Shown here: positions 18,770-28,005 of the stretch, piece after piece
Position numbering within the stretch: position 1 is the stretch's first letter
Layout of the letters: the number at the start of each line of letters is the position of its first letter
DNA from: a candidate division FCPU426 bacterium
Lineage (GTDB): Bacteria; Oederibacteriota; Muellerivitia; Muellerivitales; Muellerivitaceae
DNA length: 64,000 nt
Direction of reading: 5' to 3'
Assembly: GCA_963847625.1 (NCBI GenBank)
Contig: CAWKAR010000049.1
Coordinates: 1-64,000, forward strand
The notes under the pieces: model-generated
Told to the model about the DNA's origin: nothing
The model's input: the letters and a program-made list of their open reading frames with translations, nothing else
Database searches by the model: none
Position numbers and translations under genes: made by a program

Positions 18770-21250
18770 TTAGCGGACGGCCTTCGGCGGCCGGCCGGCA
18801 TCCGCCATCTTTATGTTGTACTCCAGCACTCGGCATTCGGTCTTGGTGTCGTCCGGGATGGTGATGAGGTTAATGGACATGGGGGCGAACTGGAGGGTCC
18901 TGGGTTTAAGGTCGTCGACTTCCAGCTTCAGGGTCCTCTTGGCCGAGTCCTTGTTGAGGACGAGCACGGCGGTGGCGGCCTTCTTCTTGTCGTAGCTGGC
19001 ATACACCGACATGTCCTCCGGCACCCCGGACGGCATGACGGTGTTCCCGCTGAAGTTTGTGTCGACCATTTGCTCGACGTAGTATTCCGGGGTCAGCTTC
19101 CAGGTGGGCGGATTTTTCGAGGGGTCCGTCAGGATGAACCCGAAGACGTTATAGTTCGCGTTTTGCACGGGCTCCGTCAAATTCCAGAACGCGAAGGTCC
19201 AAAGGTTCTCCTCGAGCGCCGCGCCCATCCGGTCCGCGTCCCAGATGGCGGCCCAGAAGGTTCCCGGGCCCACCTTGCGCAATTCCGGGGTGTATAGGTT
19301 GGCGTCCGCGTCATAGCAGAGGTTGGCCTCCGTGATGGCCAGGGGCGTGCCCGGCCGGCCGTGTTTGGCGACGCGGGCCTTCACGTCCTCCACGAACGGC
19401 CGGAACCGGTCGATATCCGTGAGGGCGCCTTCCGCGGTGAGCTCGCGCGCCGCAAACCCGTAGGCGTGGATGCTCACGACGTCGATGTAGTCCTTGCACT
19501 TGTCGAGCATCGGGCCCAGCCAGTCGTTGCCCTCGTTGTACTTCGCGCCCAGCTCGGGCCCCACGAACTTCAGTTCGACGCCGCTGTGCGCCTTTTTATT
19601 GGCGGCCACCATGGCCTTGGCGTAGGAATTGTAGAGGGCGGCGTACTCGGCCGCGGTCGAAACCGGAAGGCCCGTTTTCTTTTTGAAGAAGAGGTCGTAG
19701 ATATCCACCTCGTCGCCGATGCTCCAGTACTTGACGCCGTACTTCTTGGTGCCGTTGACGTAGGTGACGATGTCCGCGGCCCCTTGCGCCGTGGTCTTGC
19801 CGCCGTCCACGTTGTTGCCGTAGACCGGCACGATCATGATGGGCTCGGCCCCGATGGCGCGGCAATATTCGATGAACTTGTCCTCCTGGGCGTTGTCGAA
19901 GAGCTGCGGGGCGTTCGCGTCGTTCTGGTTGTCGGCCCCGACCATCACGTTGAGGCGCAGGGTCTTGGCCGGCTCCTCGGAACCCTTCATCCCGACCATG
20001 CCGTTCTTGCCCCAATCCACCCAGTCGAAATAGCAGCTGCCGAACGCGAAGGGGGAAATGGGGGTGCCCCCGGAGCGGGAAATCGTCACCTCATGGGTTT
20101 GGGCCCGGGCGATCTCCTTCCTTTTGGCTTGGGCGTTCAGGTAGCTGACCGGCTCGCAGAAAGTGCCGCCGGTCCCGGCCGCCTCCACCGGCCCGATCTC
20201 CAGGACCGATTCGCCAACGGTCTTGGGCATGAAATTCAGGTTCCGGGTCTTCGTGAGGTCCATGGGACGTCCCAAGCGCGCGCCCGGCGGCGTGTAATAG
20301 GGGTCTTTAACAAAGGACGAAAAGGGGACCGAGATCTGTGTCCAGTCCTTGGAGGAAACCGTGAAGCGTGCGATGTATTGCACGTGGTAGGCATCCGTGA
20401 GCCCCATCTGCACGTCCCCCGGCACGCTGGTTTTGGCTTTGAACTTGAAGCAAGTGTTTCTGGATAGGTTCTCCGACGCCAGGTTGCGCCCGACCCCGCA
20501 CCAGCCGCCCGAAACCAGGTTGGAGGTCAGCTTGACGGCCTTGGCCCCGTCGGGCCCGCCCTCGTCGGCGTAGTCGATCTTGGAACCCAGGGCGTCCGCG
20601 AAGGTCCCCGCCATCTGGTACGGACTCAAGTACCAGTCCACGATGATCCGGCCGTTGGGTGAGGTGGAAGCGCCGGCGGCCGGCTTGGACGCGGCCGGCG
20701 AAGCCGGCGCGGTTCCGGCCGACTCAATGAGCCCGATTTCCACGACCGAGTCGCCGGCAATATGGGAAGAGAGATTCATGCTGGTGGTTCTGGACAAATC
20801 CATGGGGTTTCCCAGCACCGCGTTTGGGGGCGTGTAATATGGATTCTTGATAAAGGAGGAGAGAGGGATGGTCACTTCCGTCCAATTTTTTGAGGAAACC
20901 GTGCAACTGGCGATGTATTGGACGTTGTAAGCATCCTGCAAGGCCACCTCCACTTGCCCCGGCGCGCTGGTCTTGACCTTGAACTTGAGGGATTTGTTCT
21001 TGGAAAGGTCCGCCGATAGTCCGCGCCAAATTCCGCACCAGCCGTTCTGGACCAGGGTGGAGGTCAGCTTGATGGCCTTCTGGCCGCCGGGCCCGGCCTC
21101 TGTGGCGAATTCGACCTTGGAACCCAGGTTGTCCGCGAAGGTGCCCACGTTCATTCCCGGGGTCACGCTGCTCCAGTCCTCGATGACTCCGGAATAGACC
21201 GGCGAGGCCAGCAGGATCGTGATGGCCGTTAAGCCTAGTAATTTCTTCAT
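18770..21250 (-). CDS. Secreted clan GH-A glycoside hydrolase with two N-terminal CBM11-like modules
   Basis: Signal peptide; two modules; YWSIGDE (acid/base), VVSIHAY, LAITEAN (nucleophile). Exact GH family not determinable by eye. Confidence 0.75.
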   Translation of the reverse strand: MKKLLGLTAITILLASPVYSGVIEDWSSVTPGMNVGTFADNLGSKVEFATEAGPGGQKAIKLTSTLVQNGWCGIWRGLSADLSKNKSLKFKVKTSAPGQVEVALQDAYNVQYIASCTVSSKNWTEVTIPLSSFIKNPYYTPPNAVLGNPMDLSRTTSMNLSSHIAGDSVVEIGLIESAGTAPASPAASKPAAGASTSPNGRIIVDWYLSPYQMAGTFADALGSKIDYADEGGPDGAKAVKLTSNLVSGGWCGVGRNLASENLSRNTCFKFKAKTSVPGDVQMGLTDAYHVQYIARFTVSSKDWTQISVPFSSFVKDPYYTPPGARLGRPMDLTKTRNLNFMPKTVGESVLEIGPVEAAGTGGTFCEPVSYLNAQAKRKEIARAQTHEVTISRSGGTPISPFAFGSCYFDWVDWGKNGMVGMKGSEEPAKTLRLNVMVGADNQNDANAPQLFDNAQEDKFIEYCRAIGAEPIMIVPVYGNNVDGGKTTAQGAADIVTYVNGTKKYGVKYWSIGDEVDIYDLFFKKKTGLPVSTAAEYAALYNSYAKAMVAANKKAHSGVELKFVGPELGAKYNEGNDWLGPMLDKCKDYIDVVSIHAYGFAARELTAEGALTDIDRFRPFVEDVKARVAKHGRPGTPLAITEANLCYDADANLYTPELRKVGPGTFWAAIWDADRMGAALEENLWTFAFWNLTEPVQNANYNVFGFILTDPSKNPPTWKLTPEYYVEQMVDTNFSGNTVMPSGVPEDMSVYASYDKKKAATAVLVLNKDSAKRTLKLEVDDLKPRTLQFAPMSINLITIPDDTKTECRVLEYNIKMADAGRPPKAVR

Positions 21251-21284
21251 GTTCTCAAACTCCCAGATGTCAAAGCGGACGAAT

Positions 21285-21312
21285 ATTAGACGTTGGTTTT
21301 TCCATAAGTGTC
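21285..21312 (-). promoter_or_regulatory. Putative ECF-sigma promoter
   Basis: Minus strand GACACTT-N13-CGTCTAAT upstream of the ATG at 21250; same motif upstream of 24532. Confidence 0.5.
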
Positions 21313-21406
21313 AGGTCGACACTTGATCCCCCTGTCAAAAAATCCGCGATTGGGCGGATTTTCATCCGCGTTAAGGCGCGGATAGCTCGGCCTGTCCCCC
21401 GAAGTT

Positions 21407-24400
21407 TTAATGCAGGAGGGCCGTGACTTGATAGTAAGCCGTATGGTCGGTGGGCGATAGGTTGAATTGTAACCCGCCACGCGTCAGGCTGGCCTTCAAG
21501 GGCCTGCCTTCCTTGCCCGACTCGTCCACGGGCACCACTCGGAACTTTCTCGTGGGTTCCACGGCCAGGGTAACCTCCCCTTTCACGCCCTGCATGAGGA
21601 TGGGAAGTTTCCCCGCGTCCTTCAGGGCCGTGCGGGTGCCGTTAAAGACCTGGCCTGAGTTCTCGGCGCGGGCCTGGGCGAAGACCATGAACCGTTCCGA
21701 CTTATCCAGGGGTTTCCGGTCCAGGGAGACCGCCAGGACCGCGGCCCAGGGGTTGCGCTTGGCCAGGTTCAGGGACAGGCCGGAGGTTTTCAGGGTTTCC
21801 CCCGTTCCGATGGCGCCCACGAACCCCTGTGCCTGGGGACTGTCGATCTTGAGCACGCCCTTGCCGTAATCCAGGGTTTCCTCGCCCGTGGTGCTGGTGA
21901 GGACCTTGTCCGTCTCGTCGTTGAGTTTTTCAATCTCCGAAAGGTCCGCGGCCGGCTCCTCCTTTTTGCCCGTGAACCGCTTTGCCAACTTGGCGACGTA
22001 AGGCACCCAGGGATGGCCGGAGAACCATTCGCTCTTCATGCCGCTCTTGAGCACCGCTTCGTCGGAAAGCGGCTCCACCACCGTGACCGGCGCGCTCTTC
22101 AGGTACCCCAGCCGGTAGATCAGGGCCCCGGCCATGAAGAGGGATTCGTTGTCCGGGCGGCTGTTGATGTCGAGGTTCGTCATGCGCTCTTGGCCGATCC
22201 GGAGGGGTGCCCAGCTGTGCTCGAGCATGCCGTCCCAGCCCTGCAGGCTTCCATAGGCCGCCATGAGCACGGGCCCCTCGAGACGGTACTCGTTGGGAAA
22301 GCAGTAATTCCACTCGGTGCAGAGGAAGGGCTTTCCCTCCACCGCGTCGTGGGAGAGGCGCAGAAGCGGGGGCCCCTCGTAGGGCTTGAAGGGTTTCCGG
22401 AGCTGGGAGTCGTTGTACATGGGCGCGTGCTCCGCGTCCGACCAGCCCGCGGAAGTGACCTCGTACTGGGGATAATCCCAATAGCCGTGGCTGTCCTGGA
22501 AATCCATCACCGAATCGCCGTAAGTGTTGCCCAGCACGGGCATGCCCATGTTGCTCCCGCTCAAGAGGGCGTGGGGGGAGAGGGGCTTGAGGAAGTCCTT
22601 CATCTCACGGTTGGACTTCACCACCATCCGCAGGAGGAAACGCAGGCTCTGGGCCTCGTTCTCGGGGTTCAGTGTGGGCTTCAGGCTCACGTCGTCCCAA
22701 TCGAACCTGAAGCGCGTGATGCCGCCGTGCCCCCCCCAGGCCTTGTACTGGGCTTGGAGATCGTCCCAGAAGGGCTGGGGAAACTTCTGCTCCCAGAAAC
22801 CGCTGAAGATGGACGACTCGTTCACGATCTCGTTGCCCACGTAAACGGGGTCATCCTTCAGGGCCAGGCCCGTGTAGGGATTCACGTGGGTAAGGAGCAA
22901 TTCGGCGTACTTCTTGTTGAGTTCGATGATCCGGCGGGAGAAATGGATGACGGTCTTGGCGCCCATCTCCAGCTCGCCGGAACCCGGCACCTGGTCGCCC
23001 GCGCGGAACTTGCGGCCCACCGACCAGTCGGGATACACATAGATGCCCCGCTTCTTGAGGGCCGCGATCAGGTAATCCATCTTGTCGAGGGACGCGCTCC
23101 GGAAGACCTGGGTGTTGTCGGCCTGGGGATCGAAGAGGGACTCCCCCCAGTCGTTGTCGAGGAAATGCAGCCGCACCAGGTTGACGCCCATCTTGGCCAT
23201 GCGCTCGGCCCTTTGGTCCGCCTCCTCGTGCGATAGGAAGTTATCGGCTCCCACCACGACCGCGCCCCAAAACCTCGCGGCCGTGCCGTCGGCGAAGGCG
23301 AAACGCCCATCCTTCACCGTGACAAAACCGTGTTTCCCCGCCGGGGCGTCGTTGAGGAAGGACAGGTCCAGGGGGGCGTCGGTGGCGGCCGGGGGCGGCT
23401 GGAAGGCGTACCAATCGGAAGTGTCGCTGGCCTGCCTGTCCACCCGGCTGACCTCCATCTTTTTCCCATCCTGGTCCAGGAGAGCGAGGGACAGGTCGTC
23501 GAACCAGGCTTTTCCCGAGCCGTTACCCAGTCCCGCGGCCACGTGCGCGGACTCCGTACCGGGCGGGACGTCGTAGCGCTTCTCGTAGTAGGTCCAGCCG
23601 GTGGTTCCGGTCACCTTACAAACTGGGTCCTGCCAACCGCCCAACCGCCGGTCCTGGTCGTCGCGGAAATAAAGCCCCAGCCGGGCTGCTTCCTGCGGGT
23701 TAACGCCCGGAACCACCCCTTCGGTCTTGACCCAGCCGCTGTAAACCACATGGGCGGGGTGGGTGCCCTGGAAGGAAACGTCCTGGCACGCGAGGTTCCA
23801 GGAGGGGGGTGCGTTCTCGGCGTAGAGGGAATGCAGGGACTCGTGTCCCTCGGCGGCCACACGGGCCATCAGCCAGGCGTAGGAGCCAGGCGTCTCAAAA
23901 CCGGGGTCGAACAGCCAGTTGTCGGTCTGGTAATTCGCCGGAGTCTTGCGGTTGGGTTGGGTTTCCCGCGTTCCGGCCGGCGAAGCCGATGCGGTTCCGG
24001 CCGACTCAATGGGCCCGATTTCCACGACCGACTCTCCGGTAATAAAGGAAGAGAGATTCATGCTGGTGGTTCTGGACAAATCCATGGGATTTCCCGGCAC
24101 TGCGTTTGGGGGCGTGTAATAAGGATTCTTGATAAAGGAGGATAGGGGGATGGTAACTTCCGTCCAATTTTTCGAGGAAACCGGGCAACTGGCGGTGTAT
24201 TGGACGTTGTAAGTATCCTGCAAGGCCACTTGCACTTGCCCCGGCGCGCTGGTTTTCACCTTGAACTTGAGGAATTTGTTTTGGGAAAGGTCCGCCGAAA
24301 TACTGCGCCAGACCCCGCACCAACCGCCCTTAACCAGGGTGGATGTCAGCTTGACGGCCTTGGTCCCGTCGGGCCCGGCCTCGGTGGAGAATTCGACCTT

Positions 24401-24532
24401 GGAACCCAGGTTGTCCGCGAAGGTGCCCGCGTTCGTCCCCGGAATGACGTTGCTCCAGTCCTCGATGACCGCCGCGAAAACGGCCGGGGATAGGAATAAA
24501 AAAACAACCACGAAACCTATCATTCTTTTCAT
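21407..24532 (-). CDS. Secreted GH5-like (clan GH-A) glycoside hydrolase with CBM11-like and CBM4/9-like domains
   Basis: Signal peptide; GVNLVRLHFLD, VNPYTGLALKDDP, NEIVNE, DSHGYW, FLCTEWN motifs. Confidence 0.78.
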   Translation of the reverse strand: MKRMIGFVVVFLFLSPAVFAAVIEDWSNVIPGTNAGTFADNLGSKVEFSTEAGPDGTKAVKLTSTLVKGGWCGVWRSISADLSQNKFLKFKVKTSAPGQVQVALQDTYNVQYTASCPVSSKNWTEVTIPLSSFIKNPYYTPPNAVPGNPMDLSRTTSMNLSSFITGESVVEIGPIESAGTASASPAGTRETQPNRKTPANYQTDNWLFDPGFETPGSYAWLMARVAAEGHESLHSLYAENAPPSWNLACQDVSFQGTHPAHVVYSGWVKTEGVVPGVNPQEAARLGLYFRDDQDRRLGGWQDPVCKVTGTTGWTYYEKRYDVPPGTESAHVAAGLGNGSGKAWFDDLSLALLDQDGKKMEVSRVDRQASDTSDWYAFQPPPAATDAPLDLSFLNDAPAGKHGFVTVKDGRFAFADGTAARFWGAVVVGADNFLSHEEADQRAERMAKMGVNLVRLHFLDNDWGESLFDPQADNTQVFRSASLDKMDYLIAALKKRGIYVYPDWSVGRKFRAGDQVPGSGELEMGAKTVIHFSRRIIELNKKYAELLLTHVNPYTGLALKDDPVYVGNEIVNESSIFSGFWEQKFPQPFWDDLQAQYKAWGGHGGITRFRFDWDDVSLKPTLNPENEAQSLRFLLRMVVKSNREMKDFLKPLSPHALLSGSNMGMPVLGNTYGDSVMDFQDSHGYWDYPQYEVTSAGWSDAEHAPMYNDSQLRKPFKPYEGPPLLRLSHDAVEGKPFLCTEWNYCFPNEYRLEGPVLMAAYGSLQGWDGMLEHSWAPLRIGQERMTNLDINSRPDNESLFMAGALIYRLGYLKSAPVTVVEPLSDEAVLKSGMKSEWFSGHPWVPYVAKLAKRFTGKKEEPAADLSEIEKLNDETDKVLTSTTGEETLDYGKGVLKIDSPQAQGFVGAIGTGETLKTSGLSLNLAKRNPWAAVLAVSLDRKPLDKSERFMVFAQARAENSGQVFNGTRTALKDAGKLPILMQGVKGEVTLAVEPTRKFRVVPVDESGKEGRPLKASLTRGGLQFNLSPTDHTAYYQVTALLH

Positions 24533-24577
24533 GACCCACCCCTTTTTCCCTTAAAACTATCCCCTTTATCCGTGCGG

Positions 24578-24606
24578 ATTAGACGATGGGCCAAACTTGA
24601 AGTGTC
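24578..24606 (-). promoter_or_regulatory. Putative ECF-sigma promoter
   Basis: Minus strand GACACTT-N14-CGTCTAAT about 45 bp upstream of the ATG at 24532. Confidence 0.5.
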
Positions 24607-24679
24607 GTCAAGTAAAAATGGTGAAGTAAGAAGGCTGGGTAGTAGTGGGATCTAAATGCTAGTAATGAAATAGGAATAG

Positions 24680-24752
24680 GGTCGCGGGAAAGGACAAAAG
24701 CGGATGTGGTTTTAACAGGTGCGAATTGGTTCAAAGACTTAAAGTGATGAAT
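24680..24752 (+). repeat. Direct repeat copy B (~73 bp), right flank of the CBM/GH cluster
   Basis: GGTCGCGGGAAAGGACAAAAGCGGATGTGG...GTTCAAAG...AAAGTGATGAAT. Confidence 0.8.
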
Positions 24753-24990
24753 GTTGGCCAGGCCCCTTCATGTTTTAGAAACAATTTTAACCACGAAAAA
24801 AGAGAGAAAGGCATCCAGCCGCAGATTTACGCGGACTGATGCTATGGGGTTAAAAAACGACCAAACCAAGAATGATTTTAACAGCGACAATCAGCGTAGA
24901 TTTGCGGCCAAGTTCAGGCAATCGCTGATCAGCGGCTAAGCCCTACCTTTGATTCCCGGCCTTTTGTTCCCTAATCCATTCGGGGTCCAT

Positions 24991-25125
24991 TCACGGGGCA
25001 AAGACCGATAGGACGAAGATGGCGGGGGCCTGGTAACCGACCGGGTTCTCGTTGACCGTCCAGTTCGTGATGCCGTCCCGGTAACACTTCTGGGGATACC
25101 GGCTCATCCAGCCGTTCCCGTTGTT
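24991..25125 (-). pseudogene. 3' remnant of a GH9-family glycoside hydrolase
   Basis: YPQKCYRDGITNWTVNENPVGYQAPAIF resembles the GH9 C-terminal P.KCY.D....W..NE..I.Y.AP motif; no upstream GH9 body. Confidence 0.6.
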
Positions 25126-25193
25126 TTTTTGCGCCGGCCGGGAAATTTTCCTATCGTGCCGCCGCCCCTCTTCCCAACGCCCCGGCCGGGGGC

Positions 25194-25223
25194 AAAAAAA
25201 GCGCCCCCCCTGGGGGGGACGCC
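25194..25223 (-). terminator. Rho-independent terminator
   Basis: Minus strand GC-rich stem GCGTCCCCCCC-A-GGGGGGGCGC followed by T7, just downstream of the stop at 25261. Confidence 0.7.
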
Positions 25224-25260
25224 TAAAACTCACACGGCTAAGTTAAAACCGGCGGAGTGG

Positions 25261-26001
25261 TTATTTAACGATGACTGCCGGGCCATTGTTCTGTCCTTGC
25301 CCCGGAGCGGGTTTCATGCCCGGGGGAAGAGGCTGGGGGTTCAGCTCTTTTGTCACGCCATGGGAAACTCCCCCGTTTGCCGTTACTTTCCCGCCATTTT
25401 TCAGGAATTGGGGATTCAATTTCGTTTTTTTGTTAAGCGTTCGGCTGTGCCAGGTAGCCCATTGTAAATCCTTCCCGTGACCAACGATCAACTTCCCGGG
25501 TATATGGTTCCCGGGCCTTGTGCGCTCGACCCCGTCTTCCCCGTCTTCTTTTTGATGTTCCGTAATATCACCCACATTTTTCGCTTTTAGGTTCGTCCAT
25601 TTTACGCGGTTAACCCCATCCTCACCGTCTTTATTAGCCGTGAACTTGCCCACACTCTTGCCGGGTTTATGGTTCCCGGGCCTGGTCCGGTTGACCCCGT
25701 CTTCCCCGTCTTTATACTCCGTAATGCTGCTATCATTCTCCCCTTTTTGGTTCCCCTTTTTTACGCGGTAAACCCCATCCTCTCCATCCTTATATTCAGG
25801 ATATTTCGTGTTTTTCAGGTGTGAGGACACGCTTTTCTTGCCCTTTTTGTTTTCCGTGGCGTGGCCACTGGATTTTGATTGAGGATGTTTTAATGTTTTC
25901 TTGTGGGCGGCCGTTATCCCCCCGTCGGTAGCATCGGCCAAAGCCAGCCCTGTCCCGGCCATAAACAGCAAACCCGCTAATAAAACGATCGTTTGTTTCA
26001 T
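25261..26001 (-). CDS. Secreted Lys-rich repeat protein with four (K/E)DGEDG repeats and a C-terminal LNPQPLPP motif
   Basis: RBS AAGGAGG, Sec signal (ALA|D), repeats such as EYKDGEDGVNRTRPGNHKPGK, own terminator. Confidence 0.8.
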   Translation of the reverse strand: MKQTIVLLAGLLFMAGTGLALADATDGGITAAHKKTLKHPQSKSSGHATENKKGKKSVSSHLKNTKYPEYKDGEDGVYRVKKGNQKGENDSSITEYKDGEDGVNRTRPGNHKPGKSVGKFTANKDGEDGVNRVKWTNLKAKNVGDITEHQKEDGEDGVERTRPGNHIPGKLIVGHGKDLQWATWHSRTLNKKTKLNPQFLKNGGKVTANGGVSHGVTKELNPQPLPPGMKPAPGQGQNNGPAVIVK

Positions 26002-26252
26002 GGACGCCGCCTCCTTTTTTCTTACAACAGTTATGGGCCGCCGCCATTAAGACGAGGGGCCCGAAGCAAAGGTTCCAAAGTCATTATGGGATATACACCC
26101 GGAAATTCAATAAAAAGCGCCACCGGGCGGGGCATTTGTTCCAGTTCCCGTAAAACGGGGTCAGGCCTGAAAATAGAAAATTCAATGCCTCTAGTTTATC
26201 GAAAAATGTTTTTCTTTTCGCATTATTGCACCAAAACGGCGTTTTTATGGTT

Positions 26253-27167
26253 TTACAATCCCAAAACTTTTCGTAAACGAGTTGATTGTTCCCGACGTTT
26301 CTTGGCGTTCATTCGGCGGATATTTTCAAGCTTCCATCGCAAACCCGGCAACCGCTCGATCCCGGGCAATCCCAAGAGGTTCCAGTCCGGCTCTCCATCC
26401 TTGAGGGACAACAAGAACTTTTTTTCCTGGACTGTCAGCTTGGCATGGATGAGTTGAAGTAATTTGTCCCTGGTTTCCACCAACTGTTTCAGGTCTACGG
26501 GTTCAAGGGTCATTCCCTTGAATTCTTTCTCGAAAGCGGGTTTCATATCCTTCCATTTGGGCTTAAGCAGCTCATTCATGGGCCTTTCATGGCTTGCCAG
26601 GCAAACCACGAACGCTCGGCGGATCCCATCCGTTACCCCCTCGTTTGCCAATAGGAGTTGAATGTCAAAAAAATCCCTCGGATGCTGGCGGTCCAAGGCC
26701 GCGCAAATTTTTCCGCCGTAAAGATCCGCTAGCGATAAGAGCCGGGTGGAAACCGAAAGCTCGAACATTACCTCGGCCTTGTGGCAAAGGGTGGCTTGGA
26801 CGGGGGGATAGATGGTTCCCCTGAGAACCAAGTTAGGCTCAACTTTAATGGTGGCTTCCTGATGCCGGACGTTGAGTTTTACCGTGTGGTCGGTGCCTTG
26901 CAGCCTCTGTTCATCGACTTGGGCACCCAAGACCCGCCTGACCTGGGCGGCGACTTCCCGGAGTGACCTAGAAATATCGGCGAGCGCTTCCTCCCTGGAA
27001 TTCAGCGGAACATAAGCAAGGTCGATATCCACTGAAAGCCTCGGCATTTCCCGGATAAAAAGATTGATGGCCGTGCCGCCCTTTAAGGCGAAATTGCCTG
27101 ACTTTTCAAGGTAGGGTAAAACCTGCAAGAGAAGCTTCGCTTGCTTGAAGTAACCCGTGTTTTTCAT
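26253..27167 (-). CDS. abiEii: AbiEii/AbiGii-family nucleotidyltransferase toxin
   Basis: FALKGGTAINLF...RLSVDIDL and GKICAALDRQHPRDFFD motifs. Confidence 0.92.
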   Translation of the reverse strand: MKNTGYFKQAKLLLQVLPYLEKSGNFALKGGTAINLFIREMPRLSVDIDLAYVPLNSREEALADISRSLREVAAQVRRVLGAQVDEQRLQGTDHTVKLNVRHQEATIKVEPNLVLRGTIYPPVQATLCHKAEVMFELSVSTRLLSLADLYGGKICAALDRQHPRDFFDIQLLLANEGVTDGIRRAFVVCLASHERPMNELLKPKWKDMKPAFEKEFKGMTLEPVDLKQLVETRDKLLQLIHAKLTVQEKKFLLSLKDGEPDWNLLGLPGIERLPGLRWKLENIRRMNAKKRREQSTRLRKVLGL

Positions 27168-27943
27168 GGGACACTCACGGTCGACTTGGCGGGAACGGTG
27201 ATTTGATACTTAGGGTCGAACGCGCCTCCCGGCACCACAACCCTTTTGCCTTTGCCTAAATCCACCTTCGAAAGGTTAAGCCGAAGGAACCATGCGTGGT
27301 TAGCCTGTTCGGCCAGGTATAGGAAACACCGCTTTACCTTAACGGATTGGCAAGTCTTCAAGAGGGCTGTAACCAAGTCCGGTCTTAGGGTGGAAAGGCT
27401 TTCCATCCAATGGGCCGCGCTTTCAAAGGTTGTATTCCGGGGCATTAATAGTAATGTTTCGAGCATGGCCCTTTCTGGAGAGGAAAGGGTGATGCCAGCC
27501 ATCTCGTCCTCGGTAAATCCCAAGCCCTTTTTGTAGGGGAGAATATCCGTTGTTTGGTATTGGATATTATTTGCCCAATCGAATTTAAGAAACCAGGAGG
27601 GTGGTTTTGTGCCTTGGGGACCAAAGAGATAAACAGACGGTATGGAGTTCATGGGAGCGGTATGGCCGTAACCATGCCACCGCAAGGCGGTTTCACCGCC
27701 GGCGTGGATAGGAAGTTTAAGTTGTTGCTGGATGGTGTAAAGGCCCCCCGGCCAAAGGGGCTTACCTTCGGCCTTGTAAAAAGCGCCTGACCCCGCTGAT
27801 TTTAACCAACCGCCTTTTACATAAGCACGGGCTAAAAACCGGCTCACGCCCTTTTTCGTCAGCCACTTTTGAGTGACCATTCCACCATGAAGGGGCCATT
27901 CCATGAGAATTTGGTTTATTTTGCTTTTATTTTGTGTAGCCAT
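27164..27943 (-). CDS. abiEi: AbiEi-family type IV antitoxin (transcriptional regulator)
   Basis: HAGGETAL, SSPERAMLE, SVKVKRCFLYLA, DLGKGKR, FDPKYQITVP; ATGA overlap with abiEii. Confidence 0.9.
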   Translation of the reverse strand: MATQNKSKINQILMEWPLHGGMVTQKWLTKKGVSRFLARAYVKGGWLKSAGSGAFYKAEGKPLWPGGLYTIQQQLKLPIHAGGETALRWHGYGHTAPMNSIPSVYLFGPQGTKPPSWFLKFDWANNIQYQTTDILPYKKGLGFTEDEMAGITLSSPERAMLETLLLMPRNTTFESAAHWMESLSTLRPDLVTALLKTCQSVKVKRCFLYLAEQANHAWFLRLNLSKVDLGKGKRVVVPGGAFDPKYQITVPAKSTVSVP

Positions 27944-27978
27944 ACTACACATATTATCATCAAAATAAACTTTTTACA

Positions 27979-28005
27979 GTTTTTAGTTTATTTATAACTA
28001 AAAAC
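27979..28005. promoter_or_regulatory. Inverted repeat, likely AbiEi operator
   Basis: GTTTTTAGTT-N7-AACTAAAAAC in an AT-rich region about 35 bp upstream of abiEi. Confidence 0.5.

Noticed and set aside
17582..24532. CIA30-like modules as complex I assembly factors because they lie next to nuo
   Set aside because: The proteins have signal peptides and GH/CBM partner domains, and nuo has its own promoter; adjacency looks coincidental.
26105..26125. Sigma54 promoter upstream of the repeat-protein gene
   Set aside because: TGGCGC...TTGA does not fit the GG-N10-GC spacing.
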